Positions 44,992 through 55,830 of a stretch of 64,000 nucleotides of DNA are shown here, piece after piece. The stretch covers positions 32,001 to 96,000 of the forward strand of contig CAWJTV010000038.1 in NCBI GenBank assembly GCA_963845755.1. The letters run 5' to 3'. How positions within the stretch are numbered: the first letter of the stretch is position 1; each line of letters opens with the position of its first letter. Made by a program: the position numbers and the translations under genes. The DNA comes from an uncultured Planctomycetota bacterium. Lineage in GTDB: Bacteria; Planctomycetota; Planctomycetia; Isosphaerales; Isosphaeraceae. A model generated the notes under the pieces. That model did no database searches. It worked only from the letters and a program-made list of their open reading frames with translations, and had not been told where the DNA came from.

Positions 44992-45186
44992 GCTGTGGTT
45001 CACCGCCCACGACCTGACGCAGCCATCGGCCGCAACCCAATCGGGAATCCCGATTCGCGATTCAAAACTCCCAATAGGGCATGATTCGGGAATCTGGAAT
45101 GTGGAATCACGAATCTGGTATCCCGCCGATGCGCGCATGACGCAGGCATCCTGCGGAGGAAGACTCTACGATCGACTGCCCACGGC

Positions 45187-46266
45187 TCACGCATTCTTGG
45201 TCCGATTGCGATAACGGGCGCTGACGCGGACGAGGAAGCGGTTTTCTTCATCGGTCAGGGAGTTGCGACCTTCGCGGTGGAGCTTCTCGAGGATCTCGTC
45301 CATCCGTCGTTCTTCGGCGATCTCACGCGCCATCCGGCGTTCCCGGCGCAGCTCGGAGCGGCGCCGTCGCCAGCGCTTCAGCGCGCCCTCCCGATGAGGG
45401 CGGACCTTCGCGGCACCGCCGTCGATGCTCAGATAGCCTTCCGAGAAATCGTAGCCGAAAATGCCGTCGTCGAAATAGCCACCCTCTTCCAGCAGACGCG
45501 CCTCGACATGCACGAGGTACTCGATCACCAGCGCCAGGAAGATCAACGTCACGCCGTCCCCGCGCCAGTACACCAGCAAACGCACCAGCCCGACCAGAGC
45601 CAGGAACATGGCGGAGGCCCGGGCGGTGTAGAAGGCATAGGGATTATCCCGGGACGAGACGACCGATGTGCTGCCCAGGAGGGCACGGAGCATGCGGCCG
45701 CCGTCGAAGGGCAGGGCGGGGATGAGGTTGAACAGGAACAGGATCCCGTTGAGGTAGGCGAACCAGCCGAGGATCCAGACCCGGCTCAGCGGTGTGGCCA
45801 TAACGCCGTGGATCCAGGGAGCCCCGGCGTCCAGTTCGGCATTCCCGTACGGATTCCAGACGACCTGGGCTCCCGCGAACAGGTACAGGCAGATGGCCGT
45901 GACGAGGAAGATCGTACCGCTGACGAGCGGCCCGGCCATCGCGACCAGGAAATGCTCGCTGGAGCGCGGCACGAACGTCGGTCCCACCAGGTTCCCGAGC
46001 GGCCAGAGATGCACCTCCTCCTGGTCGCAGTCGAGCCAGTAGGCAAACGCGGCATGTGCCAGCTCGTGGACAGCCAGCGCGATCAGGAGCAGCCCCAACC
46101 AGCACGCCGTGTGGCTGATCGTTTGAAGCTGGCCCTTGGCGGCCAGGGTGACTGCGGACCAGACCAACCGGACCACCACGAAGAGAATCAATAGGATGTG
46201 GACACGAACCGCCGTGCCGAACCATCGGCCCAGACTGATCGGCGACCAGGTCAAGGGATCGTTCAT
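45187..46266 (-). CDS. Site-2 protease (M50) family membrane metalloprotease
   Basis: AVHELAH, VAMAGP, FNLIPALPFDGGR; C-terminal MDEILEKLHREG..SLT. Confidence 0.9.
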   Translation of the reverse strand: MNDPLTWSPISLGRWFGTAVRVHILLILFVVVRLVWSAVTLAAKGQLQTISHTACWLGLLLIALAVHELAHAAFAYWLDCDQEEVHLWPLGNLVGPTFVPRSSEHFLVAMAGPLVSGTIFLVTAICLYLFAGAQVVWNPYGNAELDAGAPWIHGVMATPLSRVWILGWFAYLNGILFLFNLIPALPFDGGRMLRALLGSTSVVSSRDNPYAFYTARASAMFLALVGLVRLLVYWRGDGVTLIFLALVIEYLVHVEARLLEEGGYFDDGIFGYDFSEGYLSIDGGAAKVRPHREGALKRWRRRRSELRRERRMAREIAEERRMDEILEKLHREGRNSLTDEENRFLVRVSARYRNRTKNA

Positions 46267-46604
46267 GGCCGGCCATCCCGGGTGGATGCAAAACGCCCGT
46301 GTCTCACGCGGCATCGAGCCGTATTCAGACTCCCCAAGCGCCGGGATCGGAGATCCATGAACCCGAACGATTCGCGCCTCGCGGAGGCCGCACGGAGGTC
46401 GAATCCCGGACACTCAATTCTTACAGATTCACTTTAGCAGCCTCCGCCGTGGGTCGCAACGCAAGGTGCGAGCACCAAGGCCGGTTCACGACCGGGTGCG
46501 GAGGTCGATCGAGGCACCCGCTCTTCAGGCAGCGGCTGGTCCGTGCTAGACTATATCCCGAGACGGAGGCCGATCCTTTCACGCGGATTTCCTGGACATC
46601 TGCC

Positions 46605-47738
46605 ATGGAAGAAGACTCGAACGCGACGGACCTCCGCGTCCCGGTTGAGCTCGGACCGCGCTCGTACGAGGTCCGGGTCGTGACCGGCAGGCTGGACGAG
46701 TTCGGCCCGTTCGCACGCGCCGCGCTCCAGGCGACCTGGGCCGGCCGGTCTTGCCGGTTCGCGCTGATCGTGACCGACGCCCACGTGGCAGAGCTGTCGG
46801 TTCACGAGGGATACGCGGCCGCTTTTGCCGGGCTGGGAATCGAATCGACGACCACCGTCGTTCCGGCCGGGGAAGCCAGCAAATCGCTTTCGTGCGTGTC
46901 CCGGCTTTATGACGAGTTGGTCGCTCGCAAGGCCGATCGTCACACGGCCATCGTCGCGCTGGGAGGCGGTGTGATCGGGGACCTCGCCGGGTTCGGTGCG
47001 GCCACCTTCGCCCGGGGCCTGCCCTTGATCATGGTCCCGACCACCCTGCTCGCGCAGGTGGATAGCTCGGTCGGAGGCAAGGTCGGGATCAACCATCCAC
47101 AAGCCAAGAATATCATCGGGGCATTCCACCAGCCGATCGGCGTCTGGATCGACACCGAGACGCTCGAGAGCCTTCCGGACCGGGAACTTCGCTGTGGGCT
47201 GGCCGAGGTCGTCAAGTACGGCGTCATCCTGGATGGTGAGTTTTTCGCCGAGCTGGAGGACCAGGCCGATCAGATCCTTGTGCGCGATGGCGCAGCACTG
47301 CGCCGGATCGTGGCGCGGAGCTGCCAGCTCAAGGCCGGCGTCGTCTCCCGCGACGAGCGCGAAGAGACCGGCCTCCGCGCCGTGCTGAACTTCGGCCACA
47401 CAGTCGGCCATGCCATCGAGTCGGTCGCCGGTTATGGGGGATCCTACCAGCACGGGGAGGCCGTGGCCGTTGGCATGGTCGCCGAGGGCCGGCTGGCCCG
47501 GCGGCTGGGCTGGATCGGACCCGACCTCGTGGATCGCCTAGTCAGCCTGCTAGACCGCCTCGGCCTGCCGACGTCCGCGCCGGGACTCGACGCCGACCGG
47601 CTGATCGACGCCATGGGCCGCGACAAGAAGAACCGCGGCGGCCGGCTCCGGTTCGTCTTGCCGCGCTCGATCGGTCATGTCGAGCTGACCGACACGGCCG
47701 ATGAAGCCGATATCCGCGCCGTCCTGGCCAGTCTTTGA
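46605..47738 (+). CDS. aroB: 3-dehydroquinate synthase
   Basis: GEASKS, LGGGVIGDLAGF, PTTLLAQVDSSVGGKVGIN, LNFGHTVGHAIE, HGEAVAVG, DKK. Confidence 0.97.
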   Translation: MEEDSNATDLRVPVELGPRSYEVRVVTGRLDEFGPFARAALQATWAGRSCRFALIVTDAHVAELSVHEGYAAAFAGLGIESTTTVVPAGEASKSLSCVSRLYDELVARKADRHTAIVALGGGVIGDLAGFGAATFARGLPLIMVPTTLLAQVDSSVGGKVGINHPQAKNIIGAFHQPIGVWIDTETLESLPDRELRCGLAEVVKYGVILDGEFFAELEDQADQILVRDGAALRRIVARSCQLKAGVVSRDEREETGLRAVLNFGHTVGHAIESVAGYGGSYQHGEAVAVGMVAEGRLARRLGWIGPDLVDRLVSLLDRLGLPTSAPGLDADRLIDAMGRDKKNRGGRLRFVLPRSIGHVELTDTADEADIRAVLASL

Positions 47739-47744
47739 TCGAGG

Positions 47745-48888
47745 ATGCCTGATGCGAGGGAACCGAGATTGAGCGAACCGAACCCCGATGCCGACTTGCT
47801 CGACCTGATTCGTCTGACGATGGTCCCGGGCGTGGGACCGCAGACGACGCGTGCCCTGCTGGAGCATTTCCGGACGGCCGGCCGGGTCCTATCCGCGAGC
47901 CAGTCGGAGCTGCGCGGGGTGGACGGCATCGGCCCCAAGCTGGCCGAAAAGATCGGCCAGGCGCATCGGGATTGCGACGCCGAGACGGAGCTGGCGCTCT
48001 GCCGACGCCTGGATGTGCAGGCCATCCCGCGCGACGACCCGAACTATCCCGCCGCTCTCCTGAACATCCCCGACCCGCCGGGCCTGATTTACGGGAAGGG
48101 GCGGTTCGAACCTCGCGATCAGTTGGCCATCGCGATGGTCGGGTCGCGGCGTTGTACGCCGTACGGCGCCCGGATCGCCGAGAAGCTGGCGGCCGGACTG
48201 GCGCGCATCGGTTTCACGATTGTCTCGGGGCTGGCGCGGGATCGATGCGGCGGCTCACCGCGGGGCTATCAAGGCCGGAGGCCGCAGCATCGCCGTGCTG
48301 GCCAACGGGCTGGCCTCGGTCTATCCGCCCGAGCACGAGGACCTCGCCCGTGCCTTGACCGAGGCCGGCGGACTCTACAGCGAGATGTCCATGCGGCAGG
48401 TCCCGCTGGCCGGCCTGTTCACCCAGCGCAACCGCATCATCTCGGGTCTGAGCCTGGGCATCGTCGTGGTGGAGGCGGCGCCGCGGAGCGGGTCGCTGTC
48501 GACCGCCCGGCATGCCGTCGAGCAGAACCGGGAGGTCTTCGCGGTACCGGGCCCGGTGGATAGCCTCAACAGCCGGGGCTGCCATGGCCTGATCCGGGAC
48601 GGGGCCAAGCTCGTCGAGACCGTCAACGACATCCTGGAAGAGCTCGGGCCCCTGGTCCAGGAGGTGCGGACGGACACGGACGAGCCCCCCGTGCGGCATC
48701 CGGCCGAGCTGGCGCTCACCGACCCGGAGCGCGCGCTGCTCGGCCAGCTCGACGACTCTCCCACCGCGGTGGACGAGCTGATCCTCCGCACCGGGCTCAC
48801 CGCGGCGCAGGTCATGGCCAACCTCAGCGTCCTGGAGATGAAGCGGCTCGTCCGCCGGATGCCCGGCCATCGGTTCGTCCGCGCCTAA
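47745..48888 (+). CDS. dprA: DNA-processing protein A (frameshift in a G run at about 48240)
   Basis: YPAALLNIPDPP, AMVGSRRCT.YG, VSGLAR|GIDAAAH, F.QRNRIISGLS, VVEAAPRSGSLSTA, VFAVPG. Confidence 0.95.
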
Positions 48889-49037
48889 GAGACCCGGCTC
48901 AGGGGAATCCTTGGTGTCAGTAGATGATGACTTGCGGAAAAATGCATTGACACCCAATCTCGTGTTGTGCTTTCCTGTGTATCGAATCATCCTCGATGAC
49001 GGACGTACGTCTCATTCCATTCCGCATTCGATCGAAC

Positions 49038-49850
49038 ATGAACATCTTTCACGACGGTTTATTTCTGGGAAAGGTGGCGCTGATCACGGGCGGAGGCACC
49101 GGCATCGGCCGCGGGATCGCCGAGGCACTCGTCCGGCATGGGGCCGACGTGGCGATCGTGAGCCGCAAGCCGGAAAGCCTGGACGCGGCGGCCGGGCAGA
49201 TCGCCACAGCGACGGGCCGGCGCTGCCTGCCGATCGTCGGCGACGTCCGCCAGCCGGAGGCGGTCGAGTCGGCCGTGGGTCGCGTCGTCCAGGAGCTGGG
49301 CGGGCTGGACATCGTCGTCAATAATGCCGCGGGCAATTTCTTCTGCCCCTCGGCCGATCTGAGCCCGAACGGGTTCGGCACGGTGATCGACATTGATGCA
49401 AAGGGGACCTGGAACGTCTCGCGCACCGCCTACCAGGCCCGGTTCAAGGATAACGGGGGCCAGATCCTGAATATCAGCGCCACCCTGCACTACGGCGGCA
49501 CGCCCGGCCAGGTTCACGTGGCGGCGGCCAAGGCGGCCGTCGACGCCATGACCCGCACGCTGGCCGTCGAGTGGGGCCCGCAAGGAATCCGGGTCAACGC
49601 CATCGCCCCCGGGCCGATCCTCGACACGGAAGGAGCCCGACGCCTCTTCCCGGGGCCGGCGGCCGAAGCCCTCCGGACCATGACGCCGACCCGCCGGCTG
49701 GGCACGATCGACGATATCGTCAATCTCGCCCTCTTCGTCCTGAGCGACGCCGGCGTCCACCTCAACGGCGCCATCCTCGTCTCCGACGGCGGTCTCTGCC
49801 TGACCGGCCGCTTCGACCTCGGGCTCGTGCCGGCGGCCAGGTCCGTTTAA
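49038..49850 (+). CDS. SDR oxidoreductase (2,4-dienoyl-CoA reductase-like)
   Basis: ITGGGTGIG, NNAAGNF, LSPNGF..VIDID, AAKAAVD, RVNAIAPGPI. Confidence 0.9.
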   Translation: MNIFHDGLFLGKVALITGGGTGIGRGIAEALVRHGADVAIVSRKPESLDAAAGQIATATGRRCLPIVGDVRQPEAVESAVGRVVQELGGLDIVVNNAAGNFFCPSADLSPNGFGTVIDIDAKGTWNVSRTAYQARFKDNGGQILNISATLHYGGTPGQVHVAAAKAAVDAMTRTLAVEWGPQGIRVNAIAPGPILDTEGARRLFPGPAAEALRTMTPTRRLGTIDDIVNLALFVLSDAGVHLNGAILVSDGGLCLTGRFDLGLVPAARSV

Positions 49851-50071
49851 ACCCTCCCGCGGCCTTGGTACAAGATTTTCATGGCTACCAGGAGTCTGGA
49901 AGCTGCTTGACGCCCATGTTGAGGTCGATTTAACCTGGATTTCAGAGCCGCTTGTGACCGGGCGGCCCATCGGCGGCCATGGCAGCCCTATCCCGTGTCG
50001 CCCGCGGACGGCGACCTGGGTGGGGCGTTTTCATTTCGTTGATGCGGCCTTGGATGAGGTTGGAGGCGGTC

Positions 50072-50746
50072 ATGATCAAGCCATTCGCGGATCGGGCTGC
50101 GGCCGGGCAAGTGCTGGCCAAGAAGCTCGAAGCCTATGTCGGGAGGGACGACGTGATCGTCCTGGCGCTGCCGCGTGGCGGGGTCCCCGTGGCGTACGAG
50201 GTCGCCACGGCGCTGGGCGTTCCGCTCGACGTCTTCCTCGTGCGGAAGCTCGGCGCGCCGGGCCACGAAGAGCTGGCCATGGGCGCGATCGCTTCGAGCG
50301 ACGTCGTGGTCATGAACGACGACGTGGTCAAGGCGATGAAGGTTTCCGATGACGTGGTCGAGGCCAAGATCGCCAGCGAACGTCAGGAGCTGGCTCGTCG
50401 CGAGTCGGCCTACCGCGACGACCGACCCCCGCTTCAGGTCGCGGGGCGGACCGTGATCCTGATCGATGACGGGCTGGCCACCGGCTCGACCATGCGGGCC
50501 GCCGTGACGGCGTTGCGGCGCCAGCGCCCCGCGCGGATCGTGGTCGCCGCGCCGATCGGAGCCGCTTCGACATGCACCGAGATCCAGTCGATCGCCGATG
50601 AAGTCATTTGCGCCGTCACACCCGATCCGTTCCGGGCTGTCGGCCTGTGGTACGATGACTTCGAGCAGACCAGCGACGCCGAGGTCAGCGACCTGTTGGC
50701 CCGGTCCTCCGGAGCAAGCGACCGCCGCGAGGAGGGATCATCATGA
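50072..50746 (+). CDS. Phosphoribosyltransferase-family protein
   Basis: LALPRGGVPV, VRKLGAPGHEELAMGA, PRPP motif ILIDDGLATGSTM. Confidence 0.92.
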   Translation: MIKPFADRAAAGQVLAKKLEAYVGRDDVIVLALPRGGVPVAYEVATALGVPLDVFLVRKLGAPGHEELAMGAIASSDVVVMNDDVVKAMKVSDDVVEAKIASERQELARRESAYRDDRPPLQVAGRTVILIDDGLATGSTMRAAVTALRRQRPARIVVAAPIGAASTCTEIQSIADEVICAVTPDPFRAVGLWYDDFEQTSDAEVSDLLARSSGASDRREEGSS

Positions 50747-51411
50747 GCCAGGCCTTCGAACCGAGCCTTATCGAGCGCGACGCGACGATCTCCACGGGAG
50801 GTCGGACGCTCCGAGGCACCTTGAAGCTGCCGAAAGGGGCCGGCGCGGGGGTCGTCTTCGCACACGGCAGCGGGAGCGGGCGGCTCAGCCCGCGCAACCA
50901 GTACGTGGCGCAGGTCTTGCAGGAAGGTGGACTGGCGACGCTCCTGGTCAACTTGCTGGAAGATCGCGAGGCCGACGACCGCTCCAAGGTCTTCGACATC
51001 AAGCTGCTGGCCGAGCGGCTCCAGGCCGCGGCCGACTGGCTGGTGAGCCAGCCCGAGGCGAAGGGCCTCCGCCTGGGCTATTTCGGCGCCAGCACCGGCG
51101 CCGGGGCGGCGCTGCTGGCAGCGGCCTGGGCGCCGGATTCCATCGGCGCCGTGGTTTCGCGCGGCGGCCGGCCCGACCTGGCCGGCAACGCCCTGCCACG
51201 GGTCACCGCGCCCACCCTGATGATCGTCGGTGGCGACGACGAGGTCGTCCTCGAGCTCAACCGCGAGGCGTTCGAGCAACTCACCTGCCCCCGGCAGCTC
51301 GATATCATCCCCGGCGCCACCCACCTCTTCCCCGAGCCGGGCGCCCTCGAAGAGGTCGCCCGCATGGCCCAGGAATGGTTCGTCCATTATTTGACTCCGC
51401 CGGTCCCCTGA
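50743..51411 (+). CDS. Dienelactone hydrolase-family alpha/beta hydrolase
   Basis: FAHGSGSGRLSPRN, GYFGASTGA, VSRGGRPDLA, ATHLFPEPGAL. Confidence 0.9.
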   Translation: MSQAFEPSLIERDATISTGGRTLRGTLKLPKGAGAGVVFAHGSGSGRLSPRNQYVAQVLQEGGLATLLVNLLEDREADDRSKVFDIKLLAERLQAAADWLVSQPEAKGLRLGYFGASTGAGAALLAAAWAPDSIGAVVSRGGRPDLAGNALPRVTAPTLMIVGGDDEVVLELNREAFEQLTCPRQLDIIPGATHLFPEPGALEEVARMAQEWFVHYLTPPVP

Positions 51412-51425
51412 GCACGGGGCGGAGC

Positions 51426-53947
51426 TCAATACTGGTCGGCCGAGATGACCTCGCCCGAGCCCCGAGTGATCAGGGCCTTCCAGACCTGAAGAGCGACCGA
51501 GTTCTTGAGGAACCGAACCGAGCCGTCGGCGAACGCGGTGTTGAACCCGCCGGGGTGGGGCGAGCCGGCGCCCTGGAGCGAGGGCTTGGCTTCCGGGTCG
51601 AACTTCAGCTCATCGGGCTTGGACCAGGGGACCGCGTCCTTCGACTCCACGACCATGACCGTGTTGGACGTGCCATCGGTGACATTCTGGAAGCCCATGC
51701 TCTGACCCTCCTCGAACAGGGCGCCATTCCCCACGAAAACCCGGTAGGTCGTCGTGCCGGCCTCGGGACTGCGCCGGCTGGGGCAGAGGTAAACCTGCGG
51801 CATCTCCTTGATGAGGGGCTTGTTGTTCGGGCTGTCCCACGGCTCGTCGAGCTTGAATTTGTTGTAGAGCTCCTGCTGCTCGAGATACGGGAGGATGGCC
51901 ACCCGCCAGCTCAGGAGCGGCTTGCCGTCCTTGTCGGTGATGGCCGGCATGGGTAACGCATTGTTGGCGGAGTGGTGATTGTGGAAGGCCAGGGCGATCT
52001 GCTTGAGATTATTGACGCACTGGGCTCGACGAGCCGCCTCGCGCGCCGATTGCGTGGCCGGCAGGAGCATCGCGATCAAGAATCCGCCGACGGCCGGTGA
52101 GGTGAGGCCCGGGATCGGCTCGCGCGCGATCAGGCTCGCCCCCTGCCCGTCCACCTGAAGTGCCGTCGACGCGGGGAACAACAAGGGGATCAATTCCTCG
52201 GCGCGAGGGAGCTTGTCGGGGTCGACCCTCAGGGTCGGAGTCGCGGCTGCGCCGGCTGGCGGCGGAGGGCCGAACTGGCCGCGCATCCGCCGCGCCTGGG
52301 CCATCTGGGCGTTGATCTGCTCCGCCAGGATCGGCAGGGCTTCGAGGAAAGCCGGCATCGTCTGGCGTGGATCCGCGATCCGCAAGTAGACCAGGTTCGC
52401 GGGGACCTTGCTCACGACCGGGACAAAGGCTTCGGTAGGCTTCCAGCGCCGGTCCATCGGGAGTCCGGAGAGGTTGGCGGTCTGCTCGGCCGCGACGGTC
52501 GAGGCGGCGATGGCGAGCTGATCCTTGCCCAGGACGATGGTCGGCCGGAACAGCGTCGCGAACGGCGGCGGCAGCAAGCCGGCGGGCAGGTCCAGGACGT
52601 ACGCCGGGCGCGTGCCCTCCTGCTTCCGGAATTCCAGGCCACCGCCGACGGGGACTTGCTGCAATATCTGGTTCGCCGTCTTCATCACCGGATCGATCGC
52701 GCGCGTCAAGGCGGCCTGATCGTGGACCTCAGCCGCGATCGTGAGGCCGGAAAAACTGTTCATCATCTGCGCCGCGCGACTCCCGCCGCCTTCGGCGCCC
52801 CCGGGGGACGCCTGCACGTAAACGGCCAACTTCGGGCCGAGGCCGGCGATCAGGTCCTTGCGGAGGTCGAAGCCGAATTGCTGGCGGATGGCGTCCTCGA
52901 CCATGGCGACGCGGTCGGGGCCATTGGCATCGGCCGGCTTCAAAAGCGTGGTGATCTGATCATACGTCTTCGTGAAGTCGATCGACAGCACGGTGAATCC
53001 GGTCAAGCCGGCGGGCATCGGAGGCAACGAGCCGGCGTCGAAGGTGGGCTGATCCATCAGTGCGAGCAATCCACGCCGGGGAGCTGGGGCCACCGCGCGG
53101 AGCACGGTCCGCATGGCGTCTCCCTCGAAGCCCCAGACGAACTCGATGCGCTTCACCCCGTCGAGACCCAGACGCACGGCGTCGGATGACATCGGTGGCA
53201 ACTTGGTGACGTCGAAAAACCCCACCGCGGCGGGCTGGAAGCCGCCCTCAGCCTTCAGAAGCGCCGTGCGGAGCGGATGATCGGAAGCGCCCGGCTGCTT
53301 GCCATCGAGCACGGCGAGGATCAAGTCGGGCTGGTTGGACAGGACCAGGTCACCTTTCTCGATCCACCAGAAGCTCTCCGGATTGATCGCGTGGATCGCG
53401 CGCCGGACTTCTGGACGGGCTCAGGCGCGGGGTCGGATCGGGTCGCGAGCTCGAGAAGTCGGTGCAGCTCCGGCCGGTCGCCGCCGCGTACCACGAAAAC
53501 CGTCCCGACCTGCTCGGGACCCTTCTCCCAGGCACCGAAGGCAAATCCCTGGCGAGCGGCCAGCTCGAACGTCCCGATGATGTCGGCCGACTTGACCCGG
53601 CTCTCCGCCGGTGTGAATTGCTGGCTCACCTCGGTGTACTGGCCCACCAGGTCTTCCAGAAGTACGCCCAACTTGGTGCTGGTCAAGAGTTTGTAGGCGG
53701 CCGACGCCCGCCATGCGGCCTGATGCGCGTCGACTCCGTCGAATTCCAGGTAGCTGATCAGGTCCTGTTGCGGCACATATCGCGCCAGTGGCCCCTGGAC
53801 GCCAGGAGGGATGGCCGGCTGGGCCACCTGGCCGCGAGCCCATCCCGAAGATGCCGCCAGCAGGAAAGCGATTCCCACAACCACCCCACCGATCCGACGC
53901 CGCCTCGTTGAACCATCCGCGGCTGCTGAAACGCCAGCACTCATCAT
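51426..53947 (-). CDS. DUF1559 domain protein with a large N-terminal exported domain (frameshift at about 53385)
   Basis: LLPATQSAREAARRAQCVNNLKQIALA, LSWRVAILPYLEQ, DGTSNT, HPGGFNTAFADGSVRF; the N-terminal part is in ORF 53321-53992. Confidence 0.88.
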
Positions 53948-54194
53948 ATCAATCTCCGTTTTGCAGTCCGTGAGTTGAGGTCCATGGGCCATCGTGCAGG
54001 CTATTCGGCGAGGGTCTCACAAGATTGAATCCGTGGGGGAAGTTATGCCTTGAGCCTGAGGGACGGATGCATTCTCGATTCAGGATTCCCAGGAACGCGG
54101 TTGGAGACGCTTCCCGATCGGGGAATCTTGAATCTCGAATCCCTCGAGGGATTGCGGCCGCAGGCCGCATGAGAAGTCCCGATCGCCGACCCGC

Positions 54195-54638
54195 TCAATC
54201 GCCCGAAGGCGCCGGGATCGCCGGCGAGAGGTACGCGTCGAAGACCCGGACCTTCTCCCAGTTCTCCTTGTTGTCCTCGATGAACTTCAGGTGCCGCGGG
54301 TGATCGTGGTACTTGTCGTGGGCCGCCTTGTTGACGAAGAGCAGGTGCAGCGACACATCCCAGTCGCGGTCGTTGACCTCGCGCCGGAGGTCGTTGGCGA
54401 CCGTCCCGGTGGCGAACGAGATGGTGCCCTCGTGCTTGGTGAGGTAGACCTTGCAAGCGGCGAGCAGCTTGGCGCGGGCTTCTCCCGAGTTGTCCTTGAG
54501 CTTGAAGAAGACGGTATGGGCTAACTGGGTGCCGTCATCCGCGGCACCCGTGGCCACGGCAGCCAGAGGGACCGCCATCGCGATGGCTGCCAGGGCCATC
54601 AGGCCGCCGAGAATCGAAATCGTATGGGTCGTGAACAT
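54195..54638 (-). CDS. Dabb-family (stress-responsive alpha/beta barrel) protein
   Basis: AHTVFFKLK..DVSLHLLF..HDKY..HPRH..VRVFD; signal-like N-terminus. Confidence 0.85.
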   Translation of the reverse strand: MFTTHTISILGGLMALAAIAMAVPLAAVATGAADDGTQLAHTVFFKLKDNSGEARAKLLAACKVYLTKHEGTISFATGTVANDLRREVNDRDWDVSLHLLFVNKAAHDKYHDHPRHLKFIEDNKENWEKVRVFDAYLSPAIPAPSGD

Positions 54639-54786
54639 CAGGATTCCTCGAACGATCGACGATCAGAAGCTAGCCCTCGCGCACCGGAGGCGCGAGGGCA
54701 CGAAACATCACGGTCCGTCATGATGGCCCGAAATGGTCCGGTTCGCAAGGCTTCGCCGCCGTCCGGCTGGACGACCGAGCCCGCGA

Positions 54787-55617
54787 TCAGCCGGTCTGGC
54801 TTTCGCGGCGAAGCAGCGGCAAAGGCACGTAGTAGGTGCGGTAGCACTTGCCGTCGGAGAACCTCTGACCGCCGGGGTCCGGGACCAGCACGGTGGCGCG
54901 GCGGGTGATCCGGTTGACATGACCGAGGTGCCGCACGCCGTCGAGCACGAAGCTGACGGGGTCGCCGACCTTGATCCCGAAGGCCACCACGGCCTCCTCG
55001 CGCGGAGTGACCAGGTCGTGATAGGCCCCCTCGTGGGCGAAGATCCGCCGGGACAGGGCATGGAAGTTCCCGGCCCGGCAATTCGACCGGCCCCAGCCCA
55101 GGAACTCGGCCAGGTGCAGCAGCTCGTGCTCGAAGATCCGTTGCAGGGCCTCGAGCCGGTCGCGACAGACCAGCCCCCCGACCTCGACCCTCCGATCCAC
55201 GTTCTGGAACGTGTTGAAGAGCAGGGTCGTCGAGACCGTGATCTCGTATTCGACCTGGGTCGCCGGCCTGCCGGCGCGCACGACCCGCCGGACCTGCCGC
55301 ATGGTCTGACCGGCCGCGCGGACCAATCGCCGCGACAGCCGGAACGCCATCGGATGGGCCCCGTCCTCGTGGAGCATCTCGCCCAGCCGGCCGCGGAAGT
55401 ACTCGCGGTCGTAAGCCGAGAAGAGCCGCTCCAGGTCGTCGCCGCCGATCACCGTGAAATTCCCGGTGCGGATGTGGGGAGACTGGCCCAGGATCTCGTC
55501 GTAGATCCGGCGCGCCCGCTGCTCGACCTCCTCGGCCGAGTAGAGCAGCGCGAACAGTTTGGCCTGCCGCTCCGGTCCCGGGCCTGATATGATAGAGAAA
55601 CCCACGTCGTCGTTCAT
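54787..55617 (-). CDS. SprT-like HExxH zinc-dependent protein (start uncertain)
   Basis: F..YDREYF, LSRRLVRAAGQT, RIFEHELLHLAE; SH3-like tail VNRITRRATVLV. Confidence 0.65.
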   Translation of the reverse strand: MNDDVGFSIISGPGPERQAKLFALLYSAEEVEQRARRIYDEILGQSPHIRTGNFTVIGGDDLERLFSAYDREYFRGRLGEMLHEDGAHPMAFRLSRRLVRAAGQTMRQVRRVVRAGRPATQVEYEITVSTTLLFNTFQNVDRRVEVGGLVCRDRLEALQRIFEHELLHLAEFLGWGRSNCRAGNFHALSRRIFAHEGAYHDLVTPREEAVVAFGIKVGDPVSFVLDGVRHLGHVNRITRRATVLVPDPGGQRFSDGKCYRTYYVPLPLLRRESQTG

Positions 55618-55830
55618 CAGTGATCGGTTGCTCCAACATGCTTTGATCTCTGAGCATCCGCAGACCGAATCGGGCACGACGTGCGGATCCTTCTGTCGTG
55701 CATCTTCGACGATTTGTGACGACGGTAGCATGGACGCCAGCACCCTGTCCACCTCTCCAGAACCGAGGTCGAGCCATGACGCCGACAAGCGCTTCCGAGG
55801 AAGCCGACCACGATGCGGCGGGACGCCGGT

